Shown in pieces: positions 19,156-28,466 of a DNA stretch of 64,000 nucleotides. A program made the translations under genes and the position numbers. Within the stretch, counting starts at the first letter, position 1. The number at the start of each line of letters is the position of its first letter. The notes under the pieces are model-generated. The model searched no databases. It saw only the letters and a program-made list of their open reading frames with translations, and had not been told where the DNA came from. Source of the stretch: a virus. The DNA is taken from the IMG/VR virus record IMGVR_UViG_3300045738_002037, positions 64,001-128,000 of that record. One strand, 5' to 3'.

Positions 19156-20100
19156 TCACAATGATTTAAATTTATAGTTTGGTTTAAGATGCCTTTGCGC
19201 ATGTCCCAACAATCTAATAATACAAGTTCCTATGTCAATACACCAGTCCCATTCAGCATAACTTCCAACGCAAAATATTCCCTTTTCATGAATATGGCTT
19301 ATATCAGGGATTCGACCAAGAGTTATTGCGTTTTTTATTGATGTTCCGTCGATAATATCAAATTTTGGTATAAAAGCCATAAAATATGCGCCAGGTTGTG
19401 GTATATCTTCATGAGAATAAATTAAATAACGGTTTGGCGCAACATTTGTAACCTTATAAAAACTGAAAAGCGAATCAGAAACTAATACTTGATTGGCCCC
19501 CTCAAAATCTAAATCGTCAGTTTCAATGTGCAAATAATGCACTGGTTTAGATTGTAAATCATGTTGCACTTCCATAAAATCACAAAGAGAATCTAATGGT
19601 ATAGTGCTAATTGCATTGTCAAAATCTACCTTCTCTCCATTTCTTATAAAATAATGGTCGCCAATACTTGTAACTTCTCCTTTAGCTGTCTCTTCTTTCA
19701 ATTCATCCATATGACTATTTAATAATGATTTATATAATTGATTCAATCGCACATCATAAACAGAAAACTGCATTCTAGAAGAATAATAAAGTTCTGCATG
19801 CGGAGGAACCATTGTGCCGAATATTTTATTTAACCAATCTTCGCAAATATCTTTATGATAATCCTTGACTAAATGCCCATTTATTGAAAAAGACTTAAAA
19901 TAAGGATATATATTGGGTTTTTTACCTAATAAGTCTTTAATAAAAGGATCTATTCTGTTATCCGTAATTATAAAATTGTCGTCTAACGCAGGATTAAAAT
20001 TAAAAAATCTTGATTTATAGAATGGGATTATTTTCCATGTCGGAAATATGGTTTTGGCAAGTAATCCTACTAATCCAGACCCGAATACAACATTCATCAA
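19156..20100 (-). CDS. FAD-dependent oxidoreductase-like protein
   Basis: N-terminal VVFGSGLVG, ISTIPL, GSYAEW. Confidence 0.65.
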   Translation of the reverse strand: MMNVVFGSGLVGLLAKTIFPTWKIIPFYKSRFFNFNPALDDNFIITDNRIDPFIKDLLGKKPNIYPYFKSFSINGHLVKDYHKDICEDWLNKIFGTMVPPHAELYYSSRMQFSVYDVRLNQLYKSLLNSHMDELKEETAKGEVTSIGDHYFIRNGEKVDFDNAISTIPLDSLCDFMEVQHDLQSKPVHYLHIETDDLDFEGANQVLVSDSLFSFYKVTNVAPNRYLIYSHEDIPQPGAYFMAFIPKFDIIDGTSIKNAITLGRIPDISHIHEKGIFCVGSYAEWDWCIDIGTCIIRLLGHAQRHLKPNYKFKSL

Positions 20101-20768
20101 TCCACCAAGTCATCGTCATCAAATTCTTCTTCTTGACCAATTCCTTCAGCAGGCTCCAATGGGATTATTCGACCAGTTTCGGCTACAAAATCAACATCCA
20201 TGGTAGCGGCTATAAAACCAGTGACATCCTCCGATATATCTTCCTGGCTTTCCTTTAGTTTCTCTTGAGTTTTAACAGCATTATTAGGCTCAGACGTCGT
20301 TTTAGAAGAAGAACTTTTCTTTGGCTTTGTAGAGGCTTTCTTTTTAATCGTTTTCTTTTTAGCCACTGCCTTCTTTTTAATCCTACTGGCCACAGTCGAT
20401 TCTTCAGACAATTTTTCAACTTTATCCACAGGAATTACGTCCGGATCTAAATCAGCATTTGTGATAATCCCCTTTTCTAAAGGATTTATGAATGGATCTT
20501 CAAATTGTTTAGGTTCTGGATTGCATTCTACACACACAAGCTGAAGAACGCCAAAAGGAGGATCAGACAATTTTACTTCTTCATTTATTAATGCGCCACA
20601 ATCAGGACATGTGGTTTCTATAATTGTAGGAATAACATAATTCCCATCAGAATTCAATAAGGTTAATGGGTCGTCAATTTCGGAATCAAAAGCTACCGCC
20701 CTGGCATACAATTCTTTATTATTGTTAATAATTACCGGAATTAATTCATGTGGATTGTATTCTTCCAT
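20097..20768 (-). CDS. Zinc ribbon protein with Lys-rich and acidic tail
   Basis: CPDC...CVEC; ATG at 20768 with AAGGTG upstream. Confidence 0.6.
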   Translation of the reverse strand: MEEYNPHELIPVIINNNKELYARAVAFDSEIDDPLTLLNSDGNYVIPTIIETTCPDCGALINEEVKLSDPPFGVLQLVCVECNPEPKQFEDPFINPLEKGIITNADLDPDVIPVDKVEKLSEESTVASRIKKKAVAKKKTIKKKASTKPKKSSSSKTTSEPNNAVKTQEKLKESQEDISEDVTGFIAATMDVDFVAETGRIIPLEPAEGIGQEEEFDDDDLVD

Positions 20769-20776
20769 ATTGCACC

Positions 20777-21313
20777 TTAAGTAACAGTCGACCATTGACC
20801 AGCGATTTTTCTAACATTCATTGCTTTATCTACAAATTCATTATATGCTTCTTCACACATATAAATATCAAGATATCTATCATCAACAACTGTGTCAGCG
20901 GGTTTTATAAATTCCTTGTTTCCACAATCCTTACATGGTTCACCCACTACCGCAGCATGCGCCCCGCAATCAACGCAAATATTTGGCTGGCCAGTCATTC
21001 TAACATCGGCCCGCACCACTTGACAAAAGTAAAATTCAAAAGTTCCAGTTAATACTTTTCCAGTTAAATCGCAGCAAACAGAATTTCTAATAGCTTTATA
21101 GTTCTTTTTAACATCTTCTGCCACATTCCCCATACATTTTTCACACACATCTAGCGAAAATATCACATTACTAGACAATATACTGTCAATTGGCGGTCTA
21201 AGATTATCATTTACAGTAACATTTCTTATATCAAAAGAATAATACCTAAAATCAGTTCTATAAGAAGTACCGCATACGTCACACGCAATACCATCACGAT
21301 CTTTAAGTTGCAT
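20777..21313 (-). CDS. Cys-rich protein with internally repeated zinc-finger module
   Basis: ACDVCG..LDVCEKC and CCDLTG..IYMCEEA halves, plus CVDC/CKDC. Confidence 0.7.
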   Translation of the reverse strand: MQLKDRDGIACDVCGTSYRTDFRYYSFDIRNVTVNDNLRPPIDSILSSNVIFSLDVCEKCMGNVAEDVKKNYKAIRNSVCCDLTGKVLTGTFEFYFCQVVRADVRMTGQPNICVDCGAHAAVVGEPCKDCGNKEFIKPADTVVDDRYLDIYMCEEAYNEFVDKAMNVRKIAGQWSTVT

Positions 21314-24006
21314 TATAGTTCTCTTTTTATTAACCTTAATATAACTTCGCCTCTGGCAAGAGAAAAACTCCTACGCTGCTCATCGTATTCTATTGGAGCA
21401 GATATCCCAACACCTTCTGATAATATATTTTTATCAAAAGTCCGTAAAGCCCGTTCCCACACAATTAACAAAATGTTCTGAACACCATCAGTTATTGTTA
21501 ATTTACACATAGTAGTATCATTTTTAGTTTTGGCATATTCTACATTAGTTATTACCGCTTCAACTATTGAATCTTCTCCCCTTAAATATGCTTTTTTAGT
21601 ACCTTCAATGTTTCTACCTTTAATTGTTTGATATAACTCTAATGGAGAATTAATGTAATAACCAAGAAATTCTTGCTCGAATTCTAATATCTCTGATATG
21701 TGAAAATTATCTTTATATAACGCCATGACCCTGTCTCTAATATCATCAGGAGTCGGTCTAAAATTTAATATCTTATTCGGAATTTTGTTTCTTTTTGGAT
21801 ATATTCTTTTGTATTCTATGATTTGCCGTTTAATTTCATTTTTAACCCATTGCTCTCCTTTTCCATCTGTGTCCAACAATTTTTGTTTTATCTCTTTGCG
21901 CAATTGAGTTATAACAACACCGCTGCAATATTTATATTGATACCACATCCACACTGCTTTATTATTGCCATGCCCCTTCATATCTTTAAACGCACCGAGT
22001 TTTATAAGGCGCTCCATAACTATTTTATTCTTGCCCATTGATTCGACAAATTCATCGACATTTTTAAAATCATGATCGCCAGCAAATTTTCCAGCTGCTT
22101 TCTCACCTATTTTCTTAATACCAATTAAACCTTGCAATACTATATCGCCACTAACAGAAAAGTTAACCGTTAAATTATTGGCGTCTAATGTTCCAAATTC
22201 AGTGCCTTCTGATCTTGCCACCCCCATATAACGTATTAACTTATCGGGATGGCAATCACTCATTACAGCAGCCCACCATTCAGGAGCAAAATGAGCTTTT
22301 AACCACAAACACCTATACGCAACTAAACAATATGCAACAGAGTGTGATTTATTGAAAGCATATCGCCCAAAAGTTTCCATCTTTTCCCACCATTCTTCGG
22401 CGGCATTATTCCCAATCTTTTTAGAGGCCCCCTCCATCCACTTTTGCTGTATGGGTCTTAACTTATGAACCCATTTTTTAGCAACCGCTTTGCGTGCCTC
22501 TTGAGCCTCAGGCGCAGTAAATCCACCTACTTTTTGCCATATTGCTTGCAATTGTTCTTGATAAACAATAACACCATATGTGTCTTCTAATATTGGCAAA
22601 ATATCTTCGTGTAACCTGTTCTTCCATGTGCCTTTTTTATCATCGCGGTTCTTTACAGCTTCTGGTATAGAGGCCATTGGCCCAGGATGACCCATTGCAT
22701 TTAACAACATTAAATCGTGAAAATTCTTAACGCCATTACCAAGAATTCTTTTCGCCAAATCCGTGTCAAACTGAAATATAGCGTCAGTTTTTGCTTCATT
22801 AGCCAATTTCAATGCGCCATGGTCATTAAGCGAAATATAGCGTTTTTTACCATTTTTAAAATAATGGCCAGCTCTATCACTGATAGGATCAATGTCATCC
22901 CATCCACTCATATTTTTACCAAATGATATTCCTCTATTTTGCTCTATTAATTTACAACAAGTAAAAATATATTTCAAATTCTTTAGTCCAAGTATATCCC
23001 ATTTATTATAGCCGAATTTAGATAATTGCGTGTTTCGCCCCTCTGTCCACATGCTAACCCAATAACCATGCCTCGCACTTTTGGCCATAGGAATATTGCC
23101 ATATAATGGCCGATCGGCTATTATAAGTGCCCCAGCGTGCATTCCCATTGTTCTAATTCGACCAACTAACCTAACAGCATAGGCTATAACATCGGGATAT
23201 TTAGTTTCAAATGCTGATAAATCATCAAATTCTGCAAGCAACTTGCCTATGGTTGGGCCTTCAGTTTCTTCACCGCCACATTCCGGACACACAGCACATG
23301 CATGTATATGGCCACATTCGTTTTCTTCATTGGTTTGTGAATCTATGATAATATGTTTACAAGTCGAAGCACCGCCATCTTTAAGATCATCAACATCATC
23401 CGGTAAATTGGTGGTTAAATCATATGCTTCTGATTTATCAACTATATTAGTCGCCCTAGCTACATCTATGATAGCAGACCGTAATTTATACGTTTGCCAC
23501 GTGCCAACACTACAAACAGAACCGTATTCATCATTACAATCTGAACCATAAACTTTAGCCGCATGGCTCTTGATCGGGTCTCTAGCTTCAGGAATGCAAT
23601 CTAAATCAATATCCGGCATATCTTGATCTTTAATTATATAGCTAGGTATTGACCCAATTTTATCAGAATATTCTTTAATTTTATCGAATTTAGCTGTGCA
23701 TAATATATCATTCTGCCCATCTAAAGGATCATCATCAACTACGCCAAGCAACCATGGCAGAACTAATTTGTTGGGGTTTTCTTTAAATTTCTTTTCTTCA
23801 TTTAAAATATTTTCCCAATACCCAAATGCACCTTGTTTATCAATTTCAGATAATTCAAATTCTAATCTATCCTTATAAACTCCAGGTAGTTCTGGTTTCA
23901 AATCAAGAGCTTGACGGGCCGCTTGAATAATGCTCTCTCTGGTATAAACAGTAACAATGGACATATTTGTCAATCTTCTAACAAATTGGATACTCAACCG
24001 ATACAA
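21313..24006 (-). CDS. dnaE: DNA polymerase III alpha subunit (DnaE), lacking PHP domain; alternative start 23964
   Basis: PDIDLD, HAGALII, KWDILGL, IFQF, YQEQ, YAFNKSHSVAY, C-terminal OB fold. Confidence 0.93.
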   Translation of the reverse strand: MYRLSIQFVRRLTNMSIVTVYTRESIIQAARQALDLKPELPGVYKDRLEFELSEIDKQGAFGYWENILNEEKKFKENPNKLVLPWLLGVVDDDPLDGQNDILCTAKFDKIKEYSDKIGSIPSYIIKDQDMPDIDLDCIPEARDPIKSHAAKVYGSDCNDEYGSVCSVGTWQTYKLRSAIIDVARATNIVDKSEAYDLTTNLPDDVDDLKDGGASTCKHIIIDSQTNEENECGHIHACAVCPECGGEETEGPTIGKLLAEFDDLSAFETKYPDVIAYAVRLVGRIRTMGMHAGALIIADRPLYGNIPMAKSARHGYWVSMWTEGRNTQLSKFGYNKWDILGLKNLKYIFTCCKLIEQNRGISFGKNMSGWDDIDPISDRAGHYFKNGKKRYISLNDHGALKLANEAKTDAIFQFDTDLAKRILGNGVKNFHDLMLLNAMGHPGPMASIPEAVKNRDDKKGTWKNRLHEDILPILEDTYGVIVYQEQLQAIWQKVGGFTAPEAQEARKAVAKKWVHKLRPIQQKWMEGASKKIGNNAAEEWWEKMETFGRYAFNKSHSVAYCLVAYRCLWLKAHFAPEWWAAVMSDCHPDKLIRYMGVARSEGTEFGTLDANNLTVNFSVSGDIVLQGLIGIKKIGEKAAGKFAGDHDFKNVDEFVESMGKNKIVMERLIKLGAFKDMKGHGNNKAVWMWYQYKYCSGVVITQLRKEIKQKLLDTDGKGEQWVKNEIKRQIIEYKRIYPKRNKIPNKILNFRPTPDDIRDRVMALYKDNFHISEILEFEQEFLGYYINSPLELYQTIKGRNIEGTKKAYLRGEDSIVEAVITNVEYAKTKNDTTMCKLTITDGVQNILLIVWERALRTFDKNILSEGVGISAPIEYDEQRRSFSLARGEVILRLIKREL

Positions 24007-24009
24007 TAA

Positions 24010-24531
24010 TCAAATACTGTTTACAACATTTGTGCCTGTGTCAGTATTTTTTTGATCATCGGCAGCTGACTTAGCCAAAACGCTGGCAGAAGCCATCAAT
24101 TCGTGGCTATTGGATATTTTATGGATAAGTAAACTAGCAAAAAACCCATCCCACCGTCGAAGTTCAGCAGCATGCGAAGCATATTTTATAGGTGGATTAT
24201 TGGCATAATCTGGCCCCCCAAGTTTAAACTTGGGCTTAGGCTTTTTATCTAGCATGTCAATAACAGCATCTTCAGCAATATAAAAATTAACAACATCAGC
24301 ATTAGCAGCAGATACGGCCATCAATGCTAATTTAGCAGACTGTAATTCTGCCATATATCCATCAGAATTTCCTAAGCCATAACTAAGGCGTCTTTCCCAA
24401 GACATACTTTTATTTGAATAAATTCCTTCAACTATATGTTTAGCAATAAGAATAATGCCACAGCCAGCCATTTGAGTAGGGCCGTCAGGGTCATTACAAT
24501 GAGTAGCAGAATACATATTTAGTTCCATCAT
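24010..24531 (-). CDS. RNase HI-fold protein, probably catalytically degenerate
   Basis: GCGIIL, MAELQSA, C-terminal xVLAKxA; Asp ligands replaced. Confidence 0.6.
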   Translation of the reverse strand: MMELNMYSATHCNDPDGPTQMAGCGIILIAKHIVEGIYSNKSMSWERRLSYGLGNSDGYMAELQSAKLALMAVSAANADVVNFYIAEDAVIDMLDKKPKPKFKLGGPDYANNPPIKYASHAAELRRWDGFFASLLIHKISNSHELMASASVLAKSAADDQKNTDTGTNVVNSI

Positions 24532-25019
24532 AATTTATTACCATCGCTATCAGTTATTGAAGGATATTTTATATCAGTATGATCACTTAAATTTTGAAGT
24601 GCAACGCTAATTTGTGATAATAAAAGATTTTTATAATCAATTTGCCGAGCGGGTAACATATCAAAATCCTGCTTAATTGATTCTGACAAAACTAAACCAG
24701 CCTTAATAATTTCTTCCGACAATTGGTTTTCAGACGCGTATTTATCAATAGTATCTGTTACATTTTCGGCAATCGATTTAACGATTTCACTAGCAATTAA
24801 CATCATTTCTTCATCTGCTTTACTAATTGCATTATCGGCCATGTTGTCTATAATATCAACACTTTTTAACATATACATACATAAACCGGCAGATGGGCCA
24901 CCCGCCATGGCTAAATGAAACTTAACAGAATGCTTTAATTCTTTAATAGATTGCCGCAATGAACTAATGTTAAAATCACTCGTTGATGATCTATTCGCCA
25001 TCGCTGTCGTCCATTTCAT
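24528..25019 (-). CDS. Hypothetical helical protein
   Basis: ORF in gene run. Confidence 0.6.
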   Translation of the reverse strand: MKWTTAMANRSSTSDFNISSLRQSIKELKHSVKFHLAMAGGPSAGLCMYMLKSVDIIDNMADNAISKADEEMMLIASEIVKSIAENVTDTIDKYASENQLSEEIIKAGLVLSESIKQDFDMLPARQIDYKNLLLSQISVALQNLSDHTDIKYPSITDSDGNKL

Positions 25020-25341
25020 TTAATTGCTGTTTATATTTATCTCTCTCTTGTTTTGTAGCATGCAAATCAAAATCCATATAAGACATGTCAAGCTGTAAAT
25101 CTCTTAATTCTTTCAAAATATTATCACGTAACCCCAAACGTTCATTTTCCAAAGCTTGCATGGTTTTATTAAATTGTTCTAATATAGGGACCGACATTTT
25201 GTCTGGTAAAGCCATTATCATGCTATATAATATTTTAAGTTCTTCTTTAGATTTCATATTTATAAACCAATCGCCCTGTTTCTTTTGAAACAAGGCGATC
25301 ATTACAAATGCGTTGTTGTTAAAAACAACACTATAGTCCAT
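24991..25341 (-). CDS. Coiled-coil protein resembling a small Planctomycete-type protein; alternative start 25257
   Basis: LQLDMSYMDFDLHATKQERDKYK resembles the LRLDMKYLxFDLEATRRERD motif recalled from Planctomycetota. Confidence 0.6.
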   Translation of the reverse strand: MDYSVVFNNNAFVMIALFQKKQGDWFINMKSKEELKILYSMIMALPDKMSVPILEQFNKTMQALENERLGLRDNILKELRDLQLDMSYMDFDLHATKQERDKYKQQLNEMDDSDGE

Positions 25342-25343
25342 TC

Positions 25344-25550
25344 TTACACGGAATCATTTTTATCTTCAATAATTCCAAGGGAGGAAGGGACGTCGCACGT
25401 TGGTTGTAGCGACGGCAAACGTTTAATATTAACTTTTTTAGGGGCGTCAATTCCAATCTTAACCCTGTCATTGTTGATACTACAAACAACGATTGTTATA
25501 TCTTCACCTATTTGTATTGCTTCTTTTCTTTTCCTGCTTAACACTAACAT
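25344..25550 (-). CDS. csrA: Carbon storage regulator CsrA
   Basis: MLVLSRK..E.I.IG..I...[13 protein letters not shown]; AGGAGG RBS. Confidence 0.9.
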   Translation of the reverse strand: MLVLSRKRKEAIQIGEDITIVVCSINNDRVKIGIDAPKKVNIKRLPSLQPTCDVPSSLGIIEDKNDSV

Positions 25551-25573
25551 GAATAAGGTACCTCCTTGACCTA

Positions 25574-26497
25574 TTAAACACGTTCATATCCATCTTTAGA
25601 AAGCTTCTGACGTTGTTTATCCACATTCTTAACATGGAACCATAACCTCTTGCCTTCAGGCATTTCATCGTTTTGAAATGCTTCTATCGGCAAGCTATTG
25701 CCTCTTTTGCCAAGTGTCCCATTGTATGTGTTAAAACATAACTTTCTTGGATTACCATCAACAATTAATAAAACATGCGCTTTAACATCCATATCAGGAT
25801 GATTGAATCTTAACTGCTTTCTTGTATAAAGCTCGCCCAACGATTTCAAATGATCAACATCAACTATTGCGGCGACGTCAGGTAAACTGGGCGCAGCCTC
25901 TTGTTCGTCAGCCTCTTGTTCGTCAGCCTCTTGTTCGCCAACCTCTTGTTCGTCAGCCTCTTGTTCGTCAGCCTCTTGTTCGCCAACCTCTTGTTCGCCA
26001 ACCTCTTGTTCGTCAGCCTCTTGTTCGTCAGCCTCTTGCGTTTCTTCTGTCGATTCTTGCACAACATTTTCTTGTGCTTCTTGCGCTTCTTGTGCTTCTT
26101 GATTTTCCTGATCTATTGTGTTTTCATTATCATTCATGTTTTGTACCTTATTAATTGCTTCGATCACTGGCTTAGCGCTCAACCAATGAAGATCAAATAC
26201 ATTATCGCATTCCTGACAGGCAAAACTGTCTATATTATTTACAATGCCAATCGCAGTGCATGTCGGACACACTACTTTGTATTTATCTCCAGATTCAATC
26301 ACCACTGCCTTACCGCCAATCGCAATGGGCAAGACACGTCGTTGAGTGACCCACCCAACACTTTTATTAGAACCTTTCAAAAGTAACTTATATTGTCCTT
26401 TGCGATTGTCCTGTTCTTCTACAATATATACTTCTTTTGAAATTTTGCCGTCAAAATCAAGAATTCGAGTCTCCGTACCTTCTTTTATGTTGTTCAT
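25574..26497 (-). CDS. Hypothetical protein: zinc ribbon, acidic pentapeptide-repeat linker, C-terminal domain
   Basis: CPTC/CQEC; ([10 protein letters not shown])n; AGGAG RBS. Confidence 0.75.
   Translation of the reverse strand: MNNIKEGTETRILDFDGKISKEVYIVEEQDNRKGQYKLLLKGSNKSVGWVTQRRVLPIAIGGKAVVIESGDKYKVVCPTCTAIGIVNNIDSFACQECDNVFDLHWLSAKPVIEAINKVQNMNDNENTIDQENQEAQEAQEAQENVVQESTEETQEADEQEADEQEVGEQEVGEQEADEQEADEQEVGEQEADEQEADEQEAAPSLPDVAAIVDVDHLKSLGELYTRKQLRFNHPDMDVKAHVLLIVDGNPRKLCFNTYNGTLGKRGNSLPIEAFQNDEMPEGKRLWFHVKNVDKQRQKLSKDGYERV
25894..26038. repeat. 15-bp tandem repeat, about 10 units, two variants
   Basis: cagcctcttgttcgt / caacctcttgttcgc-type units read directly. Confidence 0.95.
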
Positions 26498-26599
26498 TCC
26501 ATTGCTCCTGTGTTATCCTTATATATCAACTCCTAAATGTGTGGCGCAACAAACGTGCTCGTTAACTTTAAATACTTTTCATATAAAAAAGAACAATTA

Positions 26600-26857
26600 T
26601 TATGATAACCGCAGGCCATCTTTAAGTAATTTATCAAACCTATCCGGAGTCACCACTTCGGCTCTTTCAATATCACGCATATTTTTAGATATAGTAGACA
26701 CAGAAGCTTCAATTTGTTCTTGAATCATAGCCAATTGAGTAGGGCTAAGACTATTAAGACTTAAAATATCTATAATAAAACAGGACCTGTAAAATCCGCC
26801 CAATTTATCAACATGACGATAATTAGGGGCATATCCTGGATATGGTCTTTTACTCAT
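26600..26857 (-). CDS. Hypothetical protein
   Basis: Coupled to HNH gene. Confidence 0.55.
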   Translation of the reverse strand: MSKRPYPGYAPNYRHVDKLGGFYRSCFIIDILSLNSLSPTQLAMIQEQIEASVSTISKNMRDIERAEVVTPDRFDKLLKDGLRLS

Positions 26858-27257
26858 CTAAATTATCTGGTGTTTCTATAATTCCAGTTGCCATTCTAAT
26901 ATGATCTTTCATCAAATTCCCATCTTTTCTATTGAGAATCTCTTTTACCATTTTTATATACTTCTTCTTGCCAATGTATTTACGCGAAAACATCCATACT
27001 AAATCATTATTTTTCTTTTTATTCTTACAATCTCTACAGCACGGCAATACATTGGCCGGAACATTAGCAGCGCCATCCTTTAACGGAAAAGCATGGTCTA
27101 ACATTTCTATCAACGATTCGCTGCAATATGCACAATTGCCTTCAAGTTCCTCAATGATTTCAATGATGTCTTCAATTTCTAATTGACTGTATATAGAGTA
27201 CTTCTTGGCTCTGTAACGAGCTTGTCGCACCCAACTGCTAATTGATTTATTATCCAT
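26850..27257 (-). CDS. HNH endonuclease
   Basis: CAYC, DHAFPL, N..PCCRDC. Confidence 0.8.
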   Translation of the reverse strand: MDNKSISSWVRQARYRAKKYSIYSQLEIEDIIEIIEELEGNCAYCSESLIEMLDHAFPLKDGAANVPANVLPCCRDCKNKKKNNDLVWMFSRKYIGKKKYIKMVKEILNRKDGNLMKDHIRMATGIIETPDNLDE

Positions 27258-27285
27258 TTAAAACCCCTAGCACTGGAAGTAAAAA

Positions 27286-28353
27286 ATGTTCCAGCCCAGG
27301 ACGCTAAGCAATTCTTTAGGATTGTGTTTATCACGTGATGTGTCTGCTGCCCCATTTAATCACTGTTCTTCAGTCTGTGCTGTCAGCAACGGAGCGATGA
27401 TCGCCTGGTATGCTGGTTCGGGTGAATGTAAAAATGATCAAAGTGTCTATTTTATTTTTATTGACAAATATGGTTTGTCAGATATAATTAGATTGGGAGA
27501 TAAGACAGGTAATCCTATATTATGGAAACACGGTAATACAATTATTGCTCTTTGGTCATATTTTGAAAACGATGACGATATAGTTAATTTAGTAGATCGT
27601 TGGAAATATTGTAGCTTATGGATGCAAGAATGTTCAATAGGAGTGAACAACAAAGGCAATAAAACAATATTGTTTCACGGTAAACCGCAATTGTTGGCCG
27701 ATAAAAATGAACACTTATTAGCCAGATGCAATCCATTATTTTTAGATAATGGAAACACATTATTGCCGTTATATGACGAATTAAATAGGCAAGGAATAAT
27801 TTATGGCGGTAAAGGAATGGATTTAGAAGAAATCAGCAAAATTGGAGATAAAGATAATATTATACAACCAACATTATGGTTAGAAAGACAAGATGATTTA
27901 TCAACTAAAATATGTGCATTGTTTCGAAATATGAATAGAAGCGAAAATAAAGCAAAATATTCAGAATCTTTGGATTTTGGAAATACGTGGAACGATGTCA
28001 CACCCACCAGCATATTCAATAAAAATAATTCTGCGCATGTCGTACGCCACATGAATGATAATATAATAATATGGAACAATTCAGCATATGGAAGGGACAA
28101 TTTAACACTTGGAACATTACAACATAATACCCACGCAACACCGATTCAAGTGTTAGATCATTTACACGGATCTTATCCGTCAATATCAACTAGCATTGAC
28201 AAAATTCACTTCACTTACACAACAAATAAAAGGACAATATCATATAATGTGTGGGACAGACAATACTTCGAATCCACAACAAGAAGAAGAAATCCCATTA
28301 GACAATTTAGAAGAAAAACCAATAAAGGAGAAAACTCCGCCAATATATTATGA
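27286..28353 (+). CDS. Exo-alpha-sialidase/BNR-repeat beta-propeller
   Basis: HCSS, AWYAGSGE, NPIL, IQPT, Asp-box SLDFGNTW, SYPS. Confidence 0.8.
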   Translation: MFQPRTLSNSLGLCLSRDVSAAPFNHCSSVCAVSNGAMIAWYAGSGECKNDQSVYFIFIDKYGLSDIIRLGDKTGNPILWKHGNTIIALWSYFENDDDIVNLVDRWKYCSLWMQECSIGVNNKGNKTILFHGKPQLLADKNEHLLARCNPLFLDNGNTLLPLYDELNRQGIIYGGKGMDLEEISKIGDKDNIIQPTLWLERQDDLSTKICALFRNMNRSENKAKYSESLDFGNTWNDVTPTSIFNKNNSAHVVRHMNDNIIIWNNSAYGRDNLTLGTLQHNTHATPIQVLDHLHGSYPSISTSIDKIHFTYTTNKRTISYNVWDRQYFESTTRRRNPIRQFRRKTNKGENSANIL

Positions 28354-28466
28354 AAACGACGACAACTATAAATCTTTTGACACCGCATAAAACATTTTAC
28401 ATTGGGTAAATGTGTGGCGGTTGATAATCGTCATCTTCATTATTGCTAAATAACCCACGCAACCAG

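Noticed and set aside
19117-19158. In-frame extension (VIAIEIGTMEEY) after a TGA, hinting at stop-codon recoding
   Set aside because: Many genes end in TGA with ATGA overlaps, TAG ends others, and conserved genes including a 15.9-kb ORF are intact under the standard code
14045-24006. Inteins or introns in helicase, RecA or DnaE
   Set aside because: Lengths are normal or short, with no intein splice motifs or ORF breaks; the DnaE insert is a small zinc ribbon
25822-26386. Repetitive ORFs (QPLVR)n, (NKRLT)n, (LLFVS)n
   Set aside because: Alternative-frame readings of the 15-bp repeat inside 25574-26497
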